From contig JAEXYH010000071.1 of the NCBI GenBank assembly GCA_023451735.1, positions 135,497 to 199,496 of the forward strand: DNA of 64,000 bases. Direction: 5' to 3'. Positions 61,619 through 64,000 of the stretch are shown piece after piece (the stretch's first letter is position 1; each line of letters opens with the position of its first letter). The notes beneath the pieces are model-generated. The model was not told where the DNA came from. It made no database searches and worked only from the letters and a program-made list of their open reading frames with translations. The translations under genes were made by a program, and so were the position numbers. Source of the stretch: Pseudomonadota bacterium (GTDB lineage: Bacteria > Pseudomonadota > Alphaproteobacteria > Rhizobiales > Rhizobiaceae).

Positions 61619-62953
61619 ATGAACAAGCCAGCCACAACGATGATCAACGGCTTCGATGCTTCGCGCCTGAGCAGCCTGCCGGAGCGCGAGCGGTCGATGA
61701 TCGAGCGCCGTCAGGCAATGCTCGGGCCGTCCTACCGGCTGTTTTACGAGAACCCGCTGCATCTGGTGCGCGGCGAGGGCGTCTGGCTCTACGATCCCGA
61801 CGGCAATGCCTATCTCGACACCTATAACAACGTGCCTTCGGTCGGGCATTGCCACCCGCGCGTTGTCGCCGCGATCGCCGAACAGGCGGCGGTGCTGAAT
61901 ACGCATACGCGTTATCTCGACGAAAAGATTCTCGACTATTCCGAGAAGCTGCTGGCGACCTTTCCGGAAGAGATGAACCGGGTCATGTATTGCTGCACCG
62001 GCAGCGAGGCGGTCGATCTCGCCATGCGTCTGGCCTGCTACTACACGGGCGGAACCGGCATCATCATTACCGAGAACGCCTATCACGGCACGACGGCGGC
62101 TGCCGCCGCCATCTCGCCGTCGCTCGGCCCGAACATGCCGCTCGGCATGCATGTGATCACCGTGCCGGCGCCGGATGCCTATCGCGCCGATGGCAAGGAT
62201 GTCGGCGAGACATTTGCGCAAGAGGTTTCCAAGGCGATCGCTTTCATGCTGCGCCATGGCATCAAACCGGCGGCCTTCATCGTGGACAGCATATTCTCGA
62301 CTGACGGCATCTATTCGGAGCCTGCGGGCTTTTTGAAGAAAACGCTGGACGTGGTGCATGACGCTGGCGCGCTTTATATCGCCGACGAAGTGCAGCCGGG
62401 CTTCGGTCGCACCGGCTCGCATATGTGGGGTTTCATGCGTCACGGCATCGTTCCCGACATCGCCGTCATGGGCAAGCCTATGGGCAATGGCCTGCCGATC
62501 GCGGCCGCGGTGATGAAGGGCGAGGTGCAGGAGCGTTTCGGCAAGGACATCCGCTATTTCAACACGTTCGGCGCCAACCACGTATCGATCGCCGCCGCCA
62601 ATGCCGTGCTCGACGTCATCCGTGAGGAAGACCTGATGGGCAATGCGCTGTCGACCGGCAATTACATGCTCGACGGTATGCGCAAGCTGCAGCAGCAGTT
62701 CGACTGCATCGGTGACGTTCGTGGCGCGGGTCTCTTCCTCGGGCTGGAATTCGTCAAGGACCGGCAGAGCCGCGCCCCGGACGGACCGCGCTCGCTCACG
62801 GTCGTCAACCGCATGCGCGAACGTCGTGTACTGATCAGCGCCGCCGGCATCTACGGCAACACACTGAAGATCCGTCCCCCGCTACCGTTCGGCAAGGACC
62901 ACGCGGACATCTTCCTGAAGGTGCTCGAAGAGGTGCTGCACGAGACGCAGTGA
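61619..62953 (+). CDS. Class III PLP enzyme, AGXT2L/phospho-lyase-like
   Basis: YLD.YNNV.SVGHCHP, LNTHTRYL, ADEVQPGFGRTG, GKPMGNG, YFNTFG and LKIRPPL motifs. Confidence 0.85.
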   Translation: MNKPATTMINGFDASRLSSLPERERSMIERRQAMLGPSYRLFYENPLHLVRGEGVWLYDPDGNAYLDTYNNVPSVGHCHPRVVAAIAEQAAVLNTHTRYLDEKILDYSEKLLATFPEEMNRVMYCCTGSEAVDLAMRLACYYTGGTGIIITENAYHGTTAAAAAISPSLGPNMPLGMHVITVPAPDAYRADGKDVGETFAQEVSKAIAFMLRHGIKPAAFIVDSIFSTDGIYSEPAGFLKKTLDVVHDAGALYIADEVQPGFGRTGSHMWGFMRHGIVPDIAVMGKPMGNGLPIAAAVMKGEVQERFGKDIRYFNTFGANHVSIAAANAVLDVIREEDLMGNALSTGNYMLDGMRKLQQQFDCIGDVRGAGLFLGLEFVKDRQSRAPDGPRSLTVVNRMRERRVLISAAGIYGNTLKIRPPLPFGKDHADIFLKVLEEVLHETQ

Positions 62954-63003
62954 CAGCATCCGCCTCGCCTATCGCTGCCATACCCAATGCCAAAGGATAG
63001 ACC

Positions 63004-64000
63004 ATGACCACCTCGCCGGAAATCAATGCCGAACGCCTCTGGGCTGATATCATGACGATGGGTGCGATCGGCGCGACGCAGGGCGGCGGCAGTTTCCGGC
63101 CGGCGCTTTCGGATGCGGACCGCGAGGGGCGCAACCTGTTCCGTTACTGGGCGGAGGAGGCGGGGCTGGTGGTGACTGTCGATGCGATCGGCAACATGTT
63201 CGCGCGGCGGGAAGGGACCGATCCATTCCTGCCGCCGCTGATGATCGGCAGCCATCTCGACACGCAGATGCCGGGCGGCAAGTTCGATGGCGTGCTGGGC
63301 GTCCTTGCCGGGATTGCGGTTATCCGCGCGCTCGATGCGGCAGGCGTCACCACGCGGCGGGCAATCGAGATCGCCAATTTCACCAATGAGGAAGGCGCGC
63401 GGTTCCAGCCGGGCGTGATGGGGTCGGGCATCTTTGCCGGGCTCCTGCCGATCGAAGACGCTTTGTCCCGCAAGGATGATGGCGGAGCGATGCTGGGCGA
63501 CGAGCTTGCCCGGATCGGTTATGCCGGGCCGTTGCCGGTCGGCGGGCGGACGGTGTATAAATATCTCGAACTGCATATCGAGCAGGGACCGGAGATGGAA
63601 AAGGCCGGCGCGATGATCGCTGTCGTTTCCAACAGTTCATGGGGTTGCAGCGGGTTTATCGATGTCAGTGGCGAGAACGGCCATTCGCAGACAGCCGCCA
63701 TGTCGACTCGACGCAATGCGCTTGTCGCCGCGGCAGAACTTATCCTTGAAATCGAGGCTATAGGGGCCAAGAACGAACCGGCGGGCATGGTCAGCGCTAC
63801 GGTGATCAGAAACTGGCCGAACAACCGCGTGAATATTCCGCATCTAACCAAGCTTTCCTATGTCGCCGTTCATGCGACAGAAGAGGGACGGGCGAAGATC
63901 ATCAGTTGCATCGAGGCTGCGGTAAGGCGGATCGCCGGGGAGACGGGACTGGCAATCGATGCCACGACCTCCCACTATCGCCAGCGGCTCGATCTGTCGC
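63004..64000 (+). CDS. M20-family Zn-dependent hydrolase (allantoate amidohydrolase / N-carbamoylase-like), truncated by window end
   Basis: My translation reads MTTSPEINAERLW...GSHLDTQ..GGKFDG.LGV...NEEGARF...ELHIEQG. It is absent from the ORF track because there is no stop in the window. Confidence 0.88.
   Translation, partial: MTTSPEINAERLWADIMTMGAIGATQGGGSFRPALSDADREGRNLFRYWAEEAGLVVTVDAIGNMFARREGTDPFLPPLMIGSHLDTQMPGGKFDGVLGVLAGIAVIRALDAAGVTTRRAIEIANFTNEEGARFQPGVMGSGIFAGLLPIEDALSRKDDGGAMLGDELARIGYAGPLPVGGRTVYKYLELHIEQGPEMEKAGAMIAVVSNSSWGCSGFIDVSGENGHSQTAAMSTRRNALVAAAELILEIEAIGAKNEPAGMVSATVIRNWPNNRVNIPHLTKLSYVAVHATEEGRAKIISCIEAAVRRIAGETGLAIDATTSHYRQRLDLS

Noticed and set aside
1..64000. 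CRISPR arrays, rRNA, anti-phage defence genes, intact integrases or transposases
   Set aside because: No regularly spaced repeats or recognisable motifs for these were seen by eye.

Overview
High-GC alphaproteobacterial (Rhizobiaceae-like) DNA. A DUF1612/RHE_PE00001-type gene and a decayed ParB-like gene suggest a plasmid or chromid. The window is a mosaic of accessory modules. (1) 1-10.4 kb: a formate dehydrogenase-N/O operon (3' end of the alpha subunit, fdxH, fdnI, fdhE) followed by the selenocysteine machinery (selA, selB, selD). The tRNA-Sec gene selC lies entirely inside the last codons of selB. Several uncharacterised genes are interleaved: a Sel1-repeat protein, a 127-aa hypothetical, a Tat-exported transglutaminase-like protein and a small secreted protein. 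(2) A TPP-riboswitch-controlled ykoF/thiXYZ-like thiamine-precursor uptake operon. (3) A TonB-dependent siderophore receptor plus FecBCDE-type ABC importer behind a RirA-type box. (4) Stress and signalling genes, several with candidate sigma-EcfG promoters. (5) Scattered uronate-catabolism genes (udh, aldehyde dehydrogenase, enolase-family enzyme, kduI), with one 10-bp motif shared upstream of udh and kduI. (6) A CitMHS transporter / AtuA-family / 3-oxoacid CoA-transferase / thiolase operon of unknown substrate. (7) 45-64 kb: a GntR-associated catabolic region marked by three copies of a 14-bp operator-like motif. It holds two ABC importers, two class-III PLP enzymes, an amidase, a hydroxylysine-kinase-like phosphotransferase and an M20 hydrolase. 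No CRISPR array, rRNA or intact transposase was seen. All product calls come from motif recognition, without database searches.
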